This document shows, piece by piece, positions 34,633-48,295 of a stretch of DNA of 64,000 bases. This DNA is from Octopus vulgaris (lineage: Eukaryota). The stretch lies in the NCBI GenBank assembly GCA_951406725.2, contig OX597833.1, positions 50,034,001-50,098,000 on the forward strand. Reading direction: 5' to 3'. The notes under the pieces are model-generated. The model was not told where the DNA came from. It saw only the letters and a list, made by a program, of their open reading frames with translations, and made no database searches. The translations under genes were made by a program, and so were the position numbers. Numbering within the stretch: the stretch's first letter is position 1; every line of letters starts with the position of its first letter.

Positions 34633-35453
34633 TATGTCATTATTCAGTTTATTTCAAGATTTCCTGCCAATAGAGAAAGAACCGGTTTCTAACCTATATC
34701 CAAGGTCCCGTCATTGGAATTTCAACATCAGCAACGGGATATTTTTGTGTGTATGTATGTATGTATGTATGTAAGTAAGTATGTATGTATGTATGTATGA
34801 CTGTACGTATGTATGTATGTATGTATGTATGTATGTATGTATGCATGACTACGTATGTATGTATGTATGTATGTATGCATGACTGTACGTATGTATGTAT
34901 GTATGTATGTATGTATGTATGTATGTATGTATGTACGTATGTATGTATGTGTAGATTTGTATGTTTTATTTAAGTATTCTCAAGCATATAGTTACATATT
35001 TAGACATGCTCGTATATATTTAAATGATAAACTTCTGGAAAGTATTACAGATTTCTACAGTTACAGTGATGGATTGGATCTGTAACCTTCGAATTAGCTT
35101 TCTCCTTTCTGGTTTTGAGAAGCCAAATTTCTGAACATTTGTATTTAGGCAGTGCGTTTCTTATCCCAGAGCCCCAATAATGACAGGTATAAACCTGAAT
35201 TTGTAATCTGGATAGAGTAACTGCAGATTTCTCAATAGTTCAGCTTAGGTGTTCTCTATTTCATTGATTTTCAGCTTTATGTTGACAATTGCTGAGCAGT
35301 TAATTTCCACTACTGCACACAGTTTCTCTTGTCTGTCCCAAATGATTATATCAGATCTGTTGTGCTTACATTTCATTGAAGTCTTCACTGGTACATTCCA
35401 TCAGTACTCCTTTTTATTATGAGTGGCTATGGCTTCTACCACACTATGGGTTC
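34633..35453 (-). pseudogene. 3' fragment of an R4/Dong-clade non-LTR retrotransposon (restriction-like endonuclease domain plus 3' UTR)
   Basis: Minus-strand translation EY*WNVPVKTSMKCKHNRSDIIIWDRQEKLCAVVEINCSAIVNIKLKINEIENT*AELLRNLQLLYPDYKFRFIPVIIGALG*..KLIRRLQIQSI matches the RPD..D/E..IPIIIGALG RLE signature; in-frame stops; (TACA)n in the UTR. Confidence 0.8.
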
Positions 35454-35454
35454 A

Positions 35455-35850
<396 letters not shown>

Positions 35851-37744
35851 AATGGTAAATTGCGACATGGCTACTGTTCAAAACACGCGGAAAGGTGTGC
35901 CTATCCGTTGGAGGATTGAAAAGACATGTCGAAAGAGTTCATACTGTGGTACCTGTTTCTTCTGCCAGCTAGCATCGCTGTGCTTTTGGTAATAGAATGT
36001 GCAAAATTTTCGCCGGGCTCTAGAGTCATACAAGGTCCTTATATTGCTTCAATATTGACTCGTTTTAATGATTCTTTCTAGCAATAGCTTTGCTCGTATA
36101 CGAGAAAGCAGCTAGGATATATATGTGTGTGTGTATGTATGCACGTATATGTATATATGTATAGAGAGAGAAGGAGAGAAAGGGAGAGGGAGAGAGAGAT
36201 GTAAAACTATTCTTCATACGTAGGGTTATGTTGAGACTAAATTAAACATTTTGTGGTATATTGGCTCAATACAAATAGCTGAGATTACGCATGCAGAGAC
36301 ACATATGTATATGTATGTATACATCTACACATTGCATGCATTGATACATAGTTACATACATGGATATTAAGAGCAGATACACAATTATATATACACACAC
36401 ACATACATGTATGTATATGTATACATGCTTGCATATATATATATATATCTATGCATAAATAGATTCTAATTCGTATACAGATATATACATTGAACAATTA
36501 AACAGAATTACTCACGCACACGTTTATCAATGATACTTTGGAAAACGTTTGAATTCTAAAACATTCCGTGATATCATATGTTACATAATTACTCTAAGCG
36601 AAAGGGGAAATGCGTACTTCTTTGTCCTTTGTTAACGATTCCTAGACATTAAGGCACCATCACACACTTTGGACAGCTGCATAATGGCATCAACTGAACT
36701 ATACACTCCTTTACATGTATTTTTATACAGAAATAAATAAAAATGGGTTCGTATTTTCCAAGTTGGTTTAAAACCACCTGCGCCAATCAGAAAGTTTCTG
36801 GTTTCTTGCTGGTTATATTTTTCCTTGATTAATCTCTTACGTATTGACATAAACGAAGTTAATATACGTACGAGAGCCTGATGGGCTTATAGTGATGCTT
36901 TTGAATAAATAAACGGAATTGTGCATGACATTACATGTCTTGTCAGCATCAAGATTCACCTTTCGATAGCACTGAACATTAAACGAGATTACGCGTTCAG
37001 CCGACCTACAAGAAATAGCAGCTAAATCTCCCTCAAAGTACAAAGGTACAGTGGATACGGTGGTTTTGCGTTGCTTGCCCATAGACACAAGAAACGATGG
37101 ACACAGCTTAATGAGTTTGTTCGTCGGTTTTTATCGATTAGAGCTGGGTAAGATGTGAAACAACAATAACAGAACCTATATTATCAAGATTAACAACATT
37201 AACAAGATTATTGATACCAACAACAACAGCAGCAGCAGCAACAACAGCAGTAGCAGCAACAACAGCAGCAGCAACAACAGCCGTCCAAGAATTTGGACCT
37301 GGAGATCTCCATTTCCAGCGACTTCGAGGACCACCTCCCAGTGGTGTCAGGCGTCAACAAAGAGCCCTCGACTACAACAAGACGACCAAAGTTTTTTTTT
37401 CTAAGGTCTGGGGTCTCCCGCCCCTAAACCCTAGACCATCACCTAATCACCCTTACCCGTCTTCTTGCTTAACAACAACAACAACAGCAGCAACAGCAGC
37501 AACAGCAACAACAGCACCACCGCCGCCACCACCCCCACCTCTAGCCCCACCATCGTGGGCACATGATATATGCATCTGATCCTGGGTCTATCAAATCAGG
37601 CCAAACACAACTATATATACACAACAGCAATAACAAAAAAAGAAAAACGACACTATAGTTGTGAAGAACTAAAATAGAGTACACTATATTACTGACCTGC
37701 TAAATCTTCATAAGATCACACTTTAGTATCTTATCAATCCTTTT

Positions 37745-37908
37745 TACTGGAGGTACAAGGCCTCAAATTTTGGGGAGGGGACTAGTCGATTACATCGACC
37801 TCAGTATTTCATTGGTACTTAAATTATCAATCTCGAAAGGACGAAAGGTAATGTCGACCTCAGCGGAATTTGAACTTAGAACGTAGCGATGGCGAAATAC
37901 CGCTAAGA
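37745..37908 (-). mobile_element. SINE family A fragment
   Basis: gtcgacctcagcggaatttgaacttagaacgtagcg..gaaataccgctaag. Confidence 0.75.
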
Positions 37909-37987
37909 TAGATAGATAACACGCGTTATAGGCCAGTGACTGCTATCTTTTTATGGATAGATATGTGTGAGTTTGTATGTGCGTATC

Positions 37988-38031
<44 letters not shown>

Positions 38032-39089
38032 AGTAACAAATGTGTTAAGGTTTACTACGGCATGTTTCTTTTATTGATTACATCATGAAAAAAAAATTAA
38101 CCCGTTTTCTTTAGATGAATTTGGTTCGAAGAAAAAAATATAGCAGGATGTGTAATGTGGGTGGACCCTCTCATTTCGACAACAAAAAAGAGATTTAAGA
38201 CATACAGAGGTTTATGCTTACGGGTCATAAAACAATCAGCAGACAACTCTGCATTAAATTTATGTCTGGATGAATAATGCAGATAGTGTGGACTGAACAA
38301 TAATAAGAATAACGAAAGCAATCACTGGCCTATAACGCGTGTTACAGTCTAATATATCTACAATCGTATAACTCATTATTAAGTACGCCACCGAATCGTT
38401 CGTCTTGGAATCAAACAAATCAGTAGAACACACTGCATTTCCACAGAGGAATCGTTGGCCTTTGAAAATATCAGAGGACCTATTACGAAATGCTGAATCA
38501 AAGCTGGATATGGTTCCATGATCCTTCAGACAAGAAACCTTCTGCTTGGTCAATGTAAGTTCCTCGTATATGTGCTACATAAAGCTACTTTCTCCCATTC
38601 TGTAGACATCCTTATCATACGCATCAGTTCGCTGTGTAATGAAATGATTTGATCCCAGATAACGTCTTATGAATATAAAATTGAAATATAAACCCAAGCA
38701 TGGCGAGAATATAATTGAACAAAGCAACGCATTCTGGTAGTATGGTATAATAATCGATTAAAGCACTTTCAATGCTTAACTTAAAGAGTAAACGTTAACG
38801 ATGTAAGAATCTGTTCCTAGAAACGAACAAGGATACATTTAAGTATTACAAGATATTAAATCCGACGCTCCATTCTTTCATTCATTCATTCCGCCATCTA
38901 CTACTACTGCTGCTAATATCGACATGTAAGCGAAGCACACATGAACGCACATATGCAGATGCATATTATTCAGCGATTTGTAAATCACGGCAGTTCGTTA
39001 TAGCACAAAATCCAAAGCAAATTAAAAGAAAACAATTGCAACCTTTAGATGCTACCGAGGTCCGTCCGGTTATCTTATTTGGCAATTTT

Positions 39090-39098
39090 ATATATATG

Positions 39099-39157
<59 letters not shown>

Positions 39158-39273
39158 CATATATATATATAAATATATACATACACACGCACATATATAT
39201 ATATATATATATATACACGCACGCACACACACATATATATATATATATAAAAATATATATATATACACACACG

Positions 39274-39317
<44 letters not shown>

Positions 39318-39388
39318 CACACATATACATACATACATACACACAGATATATATATATATATATATATAACACATATATATATATATA
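39090..39388. repeat. Compound TA/CA microsatellite
   Basis: Direct inspection. Confidence 0.95.
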
Positions 39389-40804
39389 TTTCTTTGTCTT
39401 CGTTTTATTTTTCAGAGACACCCCGCAACCATATACAAAATTTAGAGAAACACAACAAGACATTTTGGGGGTTCTGCTTGCTGCTCACCGTATTCATACG
39501 CTTATAAAATGCTGATGCGAAATCTGTGTCGTTTGAGCGCCTCCGACCGGTACAAAAACACTAGAGTTGGATTTCCACTGTATAATTTGCATATTCCCTT
39601 CAAAGCTGAACCGTTAGAAAAATAAGGGCAAAAACCGAAAAGACAATGGTGATAATCTCAATTCCATAATGAAGATAATGGCCTTTTCCCTTAATAATGG
39701 AAGCTGGAAAATCGATTCAAGAAATAAAAACAATGTTTTCTTTTCACAGTTATATCGACAGGGTTACGCTGAGTTATAGCGACAGGATTTTTACATTAAC
39801 CATGTAACTATGACAAACGTTTATAAAATTGAGCATAGATTGTATTATTCCTTTGCTTTGATATTATCCATTGTCATTCAGATTTTTTTCCTGTTTGTCT
39901 CTGTCTCCTTTCGTCTTTCTCTCCCCTTTTTGTTTTATCCTGTATGTGCGTCAACACTCTCTCTTTCTGTTTCTAGTGAACGGATTGTAGAATCTGGTGT
40001 TATTGTTTACTCAGAGATGACAGTGCTGAGCTAGAAGTTTTATAGAACAACTCTGTTAGCTCATCACTTTAGTGTCGACCGATTAAAATATAAAACGTAA
40101 TCCTCTCGACAAGGAAAGTAAATACAGTCTCCAGAGAAGAAGAAAACACTACACACCGCCACCGTCATTAAAATAACAACAATACTGTAAGAGTAATGAA
40201 ATAAGGTGATTAGGTACTTGCTCTTTCAGTGTGTTTGGTGGAGATTGTATGAATCAACGACAGAACAGATTAGAGCTGTTTTATAGGAGGAGAGGAGTTA
40301 AAAAGAAAAAAAAAAGAACAATGAATGACGAAGTAGAATAAACATCGGTAACAAAATTGTTTCCCATCTTTGCTGAAGTCTCTCCTACAGTACACAAATA
40401 GTAGAAAAGTGAAAGTGAAAGTAGTCGAATAATATAATTCTGTTATCTATATTTCAGTGCAATGAACCAGAAGAGTTCTATATCTGTTTCTCTTATCTCT
40501 AGTAGTAACAATGGGAGCAATAAAATGTTGAAAGATCTAAAGACAAATTCAACGACCTCTGAGATTAATTTGAATCTACAATATGTTTTATATGTGTAAT
40601 ACTAAAAACTTCAATTGTTGCTATATTTGGTTATAACTTGATAAAAGCGGAATAAAATACCAAATGAATGGAAAATTATATGCCCTCACCGTAATGGAGA
40701 CCAACGGGTCAATGAGAGAAGAGAGCCTCTGCGTGGTCAGGCGAGTTGCGAGACGTAGCTTCAGAATCTCCCTCAAATCATGCAGAATTTTGTTGATAAA
40801 AGAA

Positions 40805-41251
40805 ATGTGAGAATACCAGTTGTGATGTTCATAACTGGAAAACCCTTGTTCATACTTATACTGGATTAGAGCATATTTAGGAGACAGATATCGGATAAAA
40901 GGGTCTTGAAATATTATGTGGGTACACCAGATGTGATGATCATGGCTGGAAGACCTTTGTTCGTAGGTACACAAAATCAAGATATATTTAGAATCTTGTG
41001 TTCCTGAAGGAAACATGGATCGGATTAAAAGATCGTGATATACTACGTAGAAATACTAGATGTGGTGGTCATAGTTGGAAGACCATTCATAGATGCACTT
41101 GTTCAAGGCATATTTAGGATCTTGTGTTCCTGAAGAGAACAGGGATCGGATTAAAAGGTCGTGATATACTATGTGGAAATACTAGATGTGGTGGTCATAG
41201 TTGGAAGACCTTCATTCATAGATGCACTGGCTCAAAGTATATTTAGGATCA
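40805..41251. repeat. Diverged tandem repeat, ~3.6 units of ~110-130 bp
   Basis: Motifs like ..ta(c)cagatgtg(a/g)tg(g)tcat..tggaagacc..atatttagga..atcgga(t)taaaa.. recur at ~40805, 40916, 41045 and 41171. Confidence 0.8.
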
Positions 41252-41581
41252 CTACAACCTAGCACCTTTATGTGCTTTTTGGAGAATTTATTCTGTATCA
41301 AACATTGAAGCTAGGTATCTGCTTTGAGTTTAATCCCACAAGCCTTCCCACCAATCTAGGAGGCTCTAATGTAATCGGCTCTGCTGTCTCTACTGACCAA
41401 AAACAAAAATGCAAAATATATAATCTAAAACATGCAACCATTTCTCAATACATTGCAACAATACCTATTATAAACGGCCCTTAGAGAAGGAACTTATTGC
41501 GAAGAAGATGTACCAGAATAATTGTCTTCATGGCGAAAGAACATATCGGATAATGTGACCGAACACCGTTATGTATAAATA

Positions 41582-41998
41582 GGCGCAGGAGTGGCTGTGT
41601 GGTAAGTAGCTTGCTTACCAACTACATGGTTCGGGTTCAGTCCCACTGCGTGGAACCTTAGGCAAGTGTCTTCTACAATAGCCTCGGGCCAACCAAAGCC
41701 TTGTGAGCGGATTTGGTAGAAGAAAACTGAAAGAAGCCCGTCGTATATATATATATATAGATGTGTGTATGTGTGTGTATATGTTCGTGTGTCTGAGTTT
41801 GTTTGTCCTCCCAACATCGCTTGACAATCGATGGTGGCGTGTTTATGTCCCTGTAACTTAGCGGTTCGGCAAAAGAGACTGATAGAATAAGTACTAGGCT
41901 TACAAAAAATAAGTCCTGGGGTCGATTTGCTCGACTAAATGCGTTGCTCCAGGATGGCCGCATTCAAATGACTGAAACAAGTAAAAGAGAGAAGTAAA
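41582..41998 (+). mobile_element. SINE family B, full length
   Basis: Match to family B consensus. Confidence 0.9.
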
Positions 41999-42001
41999 GA
42001 G

Positions 42002-42320
42002 CCCCTTCGGACATGAATGACCATAGAATTGCACCTAGAAAGTTACCCTCTGAGGCACAAGTCCGGGCATAGTTGTTTTTGGAAGACCAGCAGTTTCCCA
42101 AGCATATCAGCCTCTCCTCTCCACGTCACCAATCTTATCCAAGGCAAAGGTCGATACAGTTTGGCACCAGTGACGTCGCAACTCAATTTTACGGCTGAGT
42201 GAACTGGAGCAACGAGAAATAAAGTGTCTTGCTCAAGAACACAACACAGCACGTCCGGGAATAAAACTCACTACCTCAAGATGGTGAGTCCAACGCTATA
42301 AACACTGAGCCATGCGCCAC
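42002..42320 (-). mobile_element. tRNA-derived CORE-like SINE with a distinct tail (family F)
   Basis: Head GTGGCGCATGGCTCAGTG..; TGTGTTCTTGAGCAAGACACTTTATTTCTCGTTGCTCCAGTTCACTCAGC shared with family D; different 3' half. Confidence 0.75.
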
Positions 42321-43281
42321 TGAGCCATGCACCACTTAGCCTGCGGTGTAAATACAGCATAGCTTACCATCTTAAAAGTGTTAATTTAGGAGAATATAGC
42401 GTGGGTGAATACGTCCAAGCAAAAAAAAAAAAAAAAAAGTAGAGCGACGATGGCTGGAATGACTTGGATAATATGATTTGCTGAATAACCAACGTAGGAA
42501 TACACAACAACAACAACAACAACAACATCAACACTTATAACCCAGTACATTTTCACTTTAATATAGTTTTACAGAAGATAGTTTAAATAGCCTTGAATTG
42601 GAAGGAAACGTTTTATATTGTTTTACAATTTTGTTACCTTTTTATCAAAATGTATTTCGTCATTTTTTTTTTTTTGCAGAACCAAGGAAAAGATTATGAA
42701 TCCAAAATATATTCGAAAAAAAAATGCGGAATGAATTACGAGTAAAAGGAAATAAATCTGTAGTGTGAAGGAGATCGCAAAAAAACCCCCATCTATTTTT
42801 CAACTCAGAATGTTGTTGAATAATAGATACCTGAAAACCGATCTATAATATGTCATTCTGTATTTGGATATGCTCTAAATTTGATTTTTTCCTCTCATAT
42901 ATCTAATGTCAAGTACTTGTATTTTATGGCATATGCGACGCCACCCTCCACCACCAATACCACCACTTAAAAAAAAAAGTCTCTAAAAATCACCCTGAGT
43001 TCTTGACGCGATGTCGGGCCTTCCATAAGCTTTGATGCACTAAAAACATTTTGTTTCCCACGTATCGGCTGCTAAAATTGAGATGGGGGCCTAATAAGTC
43101 CATGCGTCTATTATGTCATCTAAATACATTAAGTTGGGGTGAGTTTGGTATATAGTAAATTTGTATCCCAACCGCCTGGTTCTGGGTGACCTCTTGGGTA
43201 AGTATCTTTAACTATACAGCCTCGGGCTGACCAGAGCCTTTTGAGTGGATTCGATAGGACGAAACTGAAAGTAGCCCGTCG

Positions 43282-43331
<50 letters not shown>

Positions 43332-43334
<3 letters not shown>

Positions 43335-43532
43335 CGGAGATGTACTCGCATAGCAAGTAATTTGATCTGAGATCGTGTGCTGAAACGAAAACAATTGCAG
43401 CGTGGAAGGTGTTTGTAAGCCATTTAAGGAACACACAAAAGCCGTTCGATTCACTTCAACATCTAAGTTTAATTTGTCAAAATATTTTCGTCGCTTTAAG
43501 ACCGCGACCTGTTCTCTGACAAAAAATCCGTG

Positions 43533-43535
<3 letters not shown>
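43332..43535 (-). mobile_element. Probable Penelope pLTR relic with hammerhead-like fold, between (TA)n tracts
   Basis: Minus strand TTTGTCA-GAGAACA-G-GTCGC(GGTCTTAAA)GCGAC-GAAA-ATATTT-TGACAAA at 43473-43523. Confidence 0.6.
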
Positions 43536-43588
<53 letters not shown>

Positions 43589-43655
43589 AAATGTATATAT
43601 GTATATATGTATGTATGCATGTAGGTATGTATGTATGTTTGCGCGCGCGCGTGCG

Positions 43656-43687
<32 letters not shown>

Positions 43688-44834
43688 TGTGTGTGACTAA
43701 ATATATGATTCAAGGATCGAGGTGTGGGAAGAAAGTTAGCTTCAAGCAAACCGTAGTAAATAGAAAAGGCAAGGTTCAGAGACAGTAGTGGTTTTTTGAA
43801 ACGGAAGGTTGTGGATTTTTTTTTTCTTATCGAAGTAAGATAAACTGAAAAAGAAAGTTCGTTATATTTCACGGTAGAAAAATAGGGTTGCCGAGTCTGC
43901 GAATAAGAATGCAAGAGTTAAGGAATGGAGTAAATAAGATCCGAGCCAAGATAAGTTTCATAGTGAGCAGAACCTCAGAAGTGGTAAATATCCAAGCGAG
44001 GTGTATACCGCAGGCTACTCTTTAGGCTATGGATATCTTGATTAAATGAAAGTTTAAATTGTCGCAGGAGGTACATGTTAATACATGCATATGTGTGTGT
44101 GTTTGTGCTTGAATCTGCGTTTGTCCACCGCCACCGCTTGACAACCGAAGCGATGCTGGTGTGTTTACGTTCTCGTAACTTAACGGTGCAGCGCAGGAAC
44201 CGATAAAATAATTACCAGGCTTAGCAAACGTTCTCAGATCAGGTCACTTGCTATGCAAGAACATCTCTGTAATAAAAGATATTGCCGTTAACAAAATATA
44301 CAGCCTAGTTTCAAAGTAAAAAGCCAATTAACAAAGATGGTTTTTCACACAAAAAAAATCATAACATTTGGGCTGCGTATCTCAAGAAATATTTTACCAG
44401 GACTATATTTTCGAAATTATAATACGACTAAATATGATTACGTGTAGCTATTTATCTTAAGACGTATAAAATGTTGATTTGAGAAGAAATGGCATTGCCG
44501 TTCCATTATTGTTTCACGTCTTACCCTAACTTACCATTCTTCTGTCAAATCAGATTCTTTTGTTCTACAGAGTAACGTTATTGTTCATATTTATTAGTTA
44601 TTTCTAAGTCTTACGGTATAAGCGTTCACCTGATGGAAGTTATTCTTTGTATTTGTTTAGCGTATTGCATATAAGTGTGGATGTGTGGATGTGCCTGTGT
44701 AATGCGAGAAACGGAGTGGGAAGGAGAATAGAGAGGGACAGAAAGAGTGAAAGAGAATACGAGAGAAAGAGAAAGAGACATAAAGACAAAAAGAGATTTA
44801 AAGGAGAAAGAGAATAATTGAAAGACGTATGTGA

Positions 44835-44995
44835 GTCCATATATATACATATATATATATATATAAATATATATATATACATATACATATATATATATAT
44901 ATATATACATACATACATACACATATATATATACACACACACATATATATATATACACATATATATACAGAAACACAATGTATATACATACATAC

Positions 44996-45033
<38 letters not shown>

Positions 45034-45796
45034 TGTATGCATATATACATGTATATATACACACACACTCACACATAAACACAGACACAGACACAAGCAT
45101 ACACACATATATATATGACATATATAATATACTTAAAAGCATTATATATCATACATATTTATAAATACATATATAAATATATAAATATATATTCATATAC
45201 CACATTCATATACATGTATACACACATACGAACGCATACATAAACAAGTCTAGTTAGCAATGTATATTATGCATATACGTGTGCATGTGTGTGTGCGCGT
45301 GCACACACAAGCACACATGTTTATATAGATAGGTACTTAGCTAAATCCGTCCAATATCATTTCTATCCTCTTTTCAGCTCAAGGAGAGTTCAGAAGAGGA
45401 TTTTCTTCTGTTTCTTTCATCTAGTTGACTTGAAGCTAATGCTAAATTCATATGTAAATATGTACATACAATATGACCTATGTATTACTGCTTAGTAGTT
45501 TTGCATACAGGCACCAGCTGTAAACGCACACAGACGCTTCTTTACGCATATGTGAGTGCGTTTGTAGGCATTTGTATGAGCGTGTGTTTATGAGTAGTTT
45601 TGTTTCTATATAACGAAGGTAATCCCTTTGCTTTTAGTTTCCTAAGAAACAAAGGAAATCGATGTAACTTCTGCACACGTCCAGTGTTTAATATCACAAA
45701 TATATCGAACTCAGACAAGTTTAAAGACATGCGCCTAATCTTACACGTGGAGTGTCTTAACACACACACACGCACACACACACACCCACACACACA

Positions 45797-45833
<37 letters not shown>

Positions 45834-46045
45834 TATATAACATCTACGGATATAGGTACGTAAATATTATAAGCATAATATCCACATGTTTACGTACACA
45901 GATGCATTCATGTTTGTGTATGTTTAGATTTATAGAGAAATATGCACATATATGCATATATACATATATATTCATAAATAATAAGCATATGTGTACATAT
46001 ATACATATATATGTATATATATATGCATATATATATACATATAAT

Positions 46046-46089
<44 letters not shown>

Positions 46090-46151
46090 ATACATTTATA
46101 TATATATATATATTTAAATGTGTATATAAATGCATACATATGTACATATAA

Positions 46152-46200
<49 letters not shown>

Positions 46201-46412
46201 ATTATGTATATATAGATACATATATACGTCTAGTTACATATATGTACATATATATTCATACGTACGTATATGTACATATATGTACATATATACACATATA
46301 TATATACATGAATACACACACATATATACACGCATACATATATGTATATAAATACATATGTATATGTGTGTGTGAGTGTGCATGTGTGTGTGTATAATAT
46401 ATATATATATAT
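44835..46412. repeat. Extended TA/CA/TACA low-complexity region with short unique spacers
   Basis: Direct inspection. Confidence 0.85.
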
Positions 46413-47235
46413 TGCAAACATGCGACACGTTTAAGATATTTTATTACATCGTCTTACGTACATTTCATTGACATAACATGGTTATTGGTTACATAATCTA
46501 GATTGCATAATCGAGACTTATTGACAAATTGACAGAGCCGTGTAACTTTTATACGTAATATTACAGAAGTGAAAAGGTGCTGACATAATATACCGCCGTA
46601 GCAATAGCAAGCGACATCTGCTAAAATTCCACTGTGAAATTAAGCATAAAATTTTTCTAATTACACTGCACATTCCTCCGAATTTATGTAACAAGAGTGG
46701 AGATATTTATTGAAATTTATTTATTATTTCATACAATATTGACCAGCAGTGATCCAACGTGTTTTCGAGAAATATTACGTAAATTGGTTCCCTACTTTGT
46801 TATCATTGAATCTTCTTTCGCTGTTTTGTTTTCTCCTTTCATTGTCACGTTCTGAACCCCATCTTACTTTCTCTCCCCGCCTCATACGCGCTCACACATT
46901 CCTTCCTTCCTTCATTCTTTCTTTCTCCCTGTTTGTCTTTCTGTCTATCTTTATCTATCTCTCTCCCTACCATTTTATTAACTGATCTGCTTTTAAGTTT
47001 GTTGTATACATATGCCTTTTTATATTTTTCGAAGTGAATGCGTTATCTATGCGCCTGCACCAACAATATATATATATACTTCAGCAAAAGTACCGACACT
47101 ATAAACCTATTAATACTGCAAAGATATTCGCACGTAAAATGTTATCAGTAAGGAACGCCAGATGCCGTGTACCTAATTTTAATGTCTATAAAACAAGACA
47201 GAGAATTTCGTTAAACGCCGCCATATATACATACA

Positions 47236-47311
<76 letters not shown>

Positions 47312-47329
47312 TGTGTATGTGTGTGTGTG

Positions 47330-47393
<64 letters not shown>

Positions 47394-47974
47394 CACAGGC
47401 ATATTCTTTTGAAATCTGTGATGTTATCTCTATGGTTTACTCTCATTAAATCTCAGGTTCTCAGGTATTCAAAAATTTTTTTAAAAAAACCTCAGATAAT
47501 ACAGTTTTATAATACATCCGAGAATGGATGAAACAGCATAAGATCTTCACATTAGCTATATGACGTTATCAGTATACTACACTAAATTATTTAGAAATCT
47601 TCTGTTGGCTATGTTCTATAAGACATACTTCTTTAAGATGCTTAAATATTAATAGGAATTCTCTCAAGTTTTAAATTATAATTTTCTGGAAATCTGAAGC
47701 AGACCTATATATTTCCCTTGTGACACTTCAGTAGGTCGTGGCACACTTTCTCAGAACGACCAGTCAAGTCAAAGTGGGGCTTGTTTGATTTGTCGATAAA
47801 CAGTATCACATATGAAAACCACTGTTTATTTAGCTGCAAGCTTAAGTCTTCCTATTCGTGTAAATTAATTTTTCGAAATTAATTCATAATTCATTGAAAT
47901 CTTGTCCTTTCTCTTGAGCGAGAGTTGCTAATACCGCTTATGTGATTCCCTTCTACAACTAAGAAGGAAAATTC

Positions 47975-48295
47975 CCCAACCACTTGGTTCCGGATTCAGT
48001 CCTACTGCGTGCAGCCTTAGGCAAGTGTGTTCTACTATAGTCTCACACCGATCAAAGCCTTTTGAATGGATTTAGTAGACAGTAACAGAAAGAAGCTCGT
48101 CGTACGCATATATATATATATATATATAACACATATATATATATATACAACACGTACATATACAGACGCACGCACATGCGTACTCACACACACACGTCTT
48201 TGTGTGTACCTCTGTGTCTGCATTTGTCCCCCATCCCACTTGATAACCGGTGTTGGTATGCTTATATCCCCGTAAGTTAGTGGTTCGGTAAAAGA
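47975..48295 (+). mobile_element. Degenerate SINE family B
   Basis: ccaaccacttggttccggattcagtcctactgcgtg..ggcaagtgtgttctactatag.. Confidence 0.7.

Noticed and set aside
34672-34722. Hammerhead-like CCAATGA..GAAACCGGTT in the Dong-like 3' UTR (minus strand)
   Set aside because: The core has two mismatches and stems I and II are weak; not supportable from two diverged copies
37211-37579. 122-aa Thr/Ala/Pro-rich ORF
   Set aside because: Built largely from (CAA)/(CAG)/(CCA) repeats with a TTG start; no domain or splice support visible
41126-41182. CTGAAGA...GAAA as a hammerhead in the tandem repeat
   Set aside because: No stem II/III pairing in the required register, and the motif is not kept in neighbouring units
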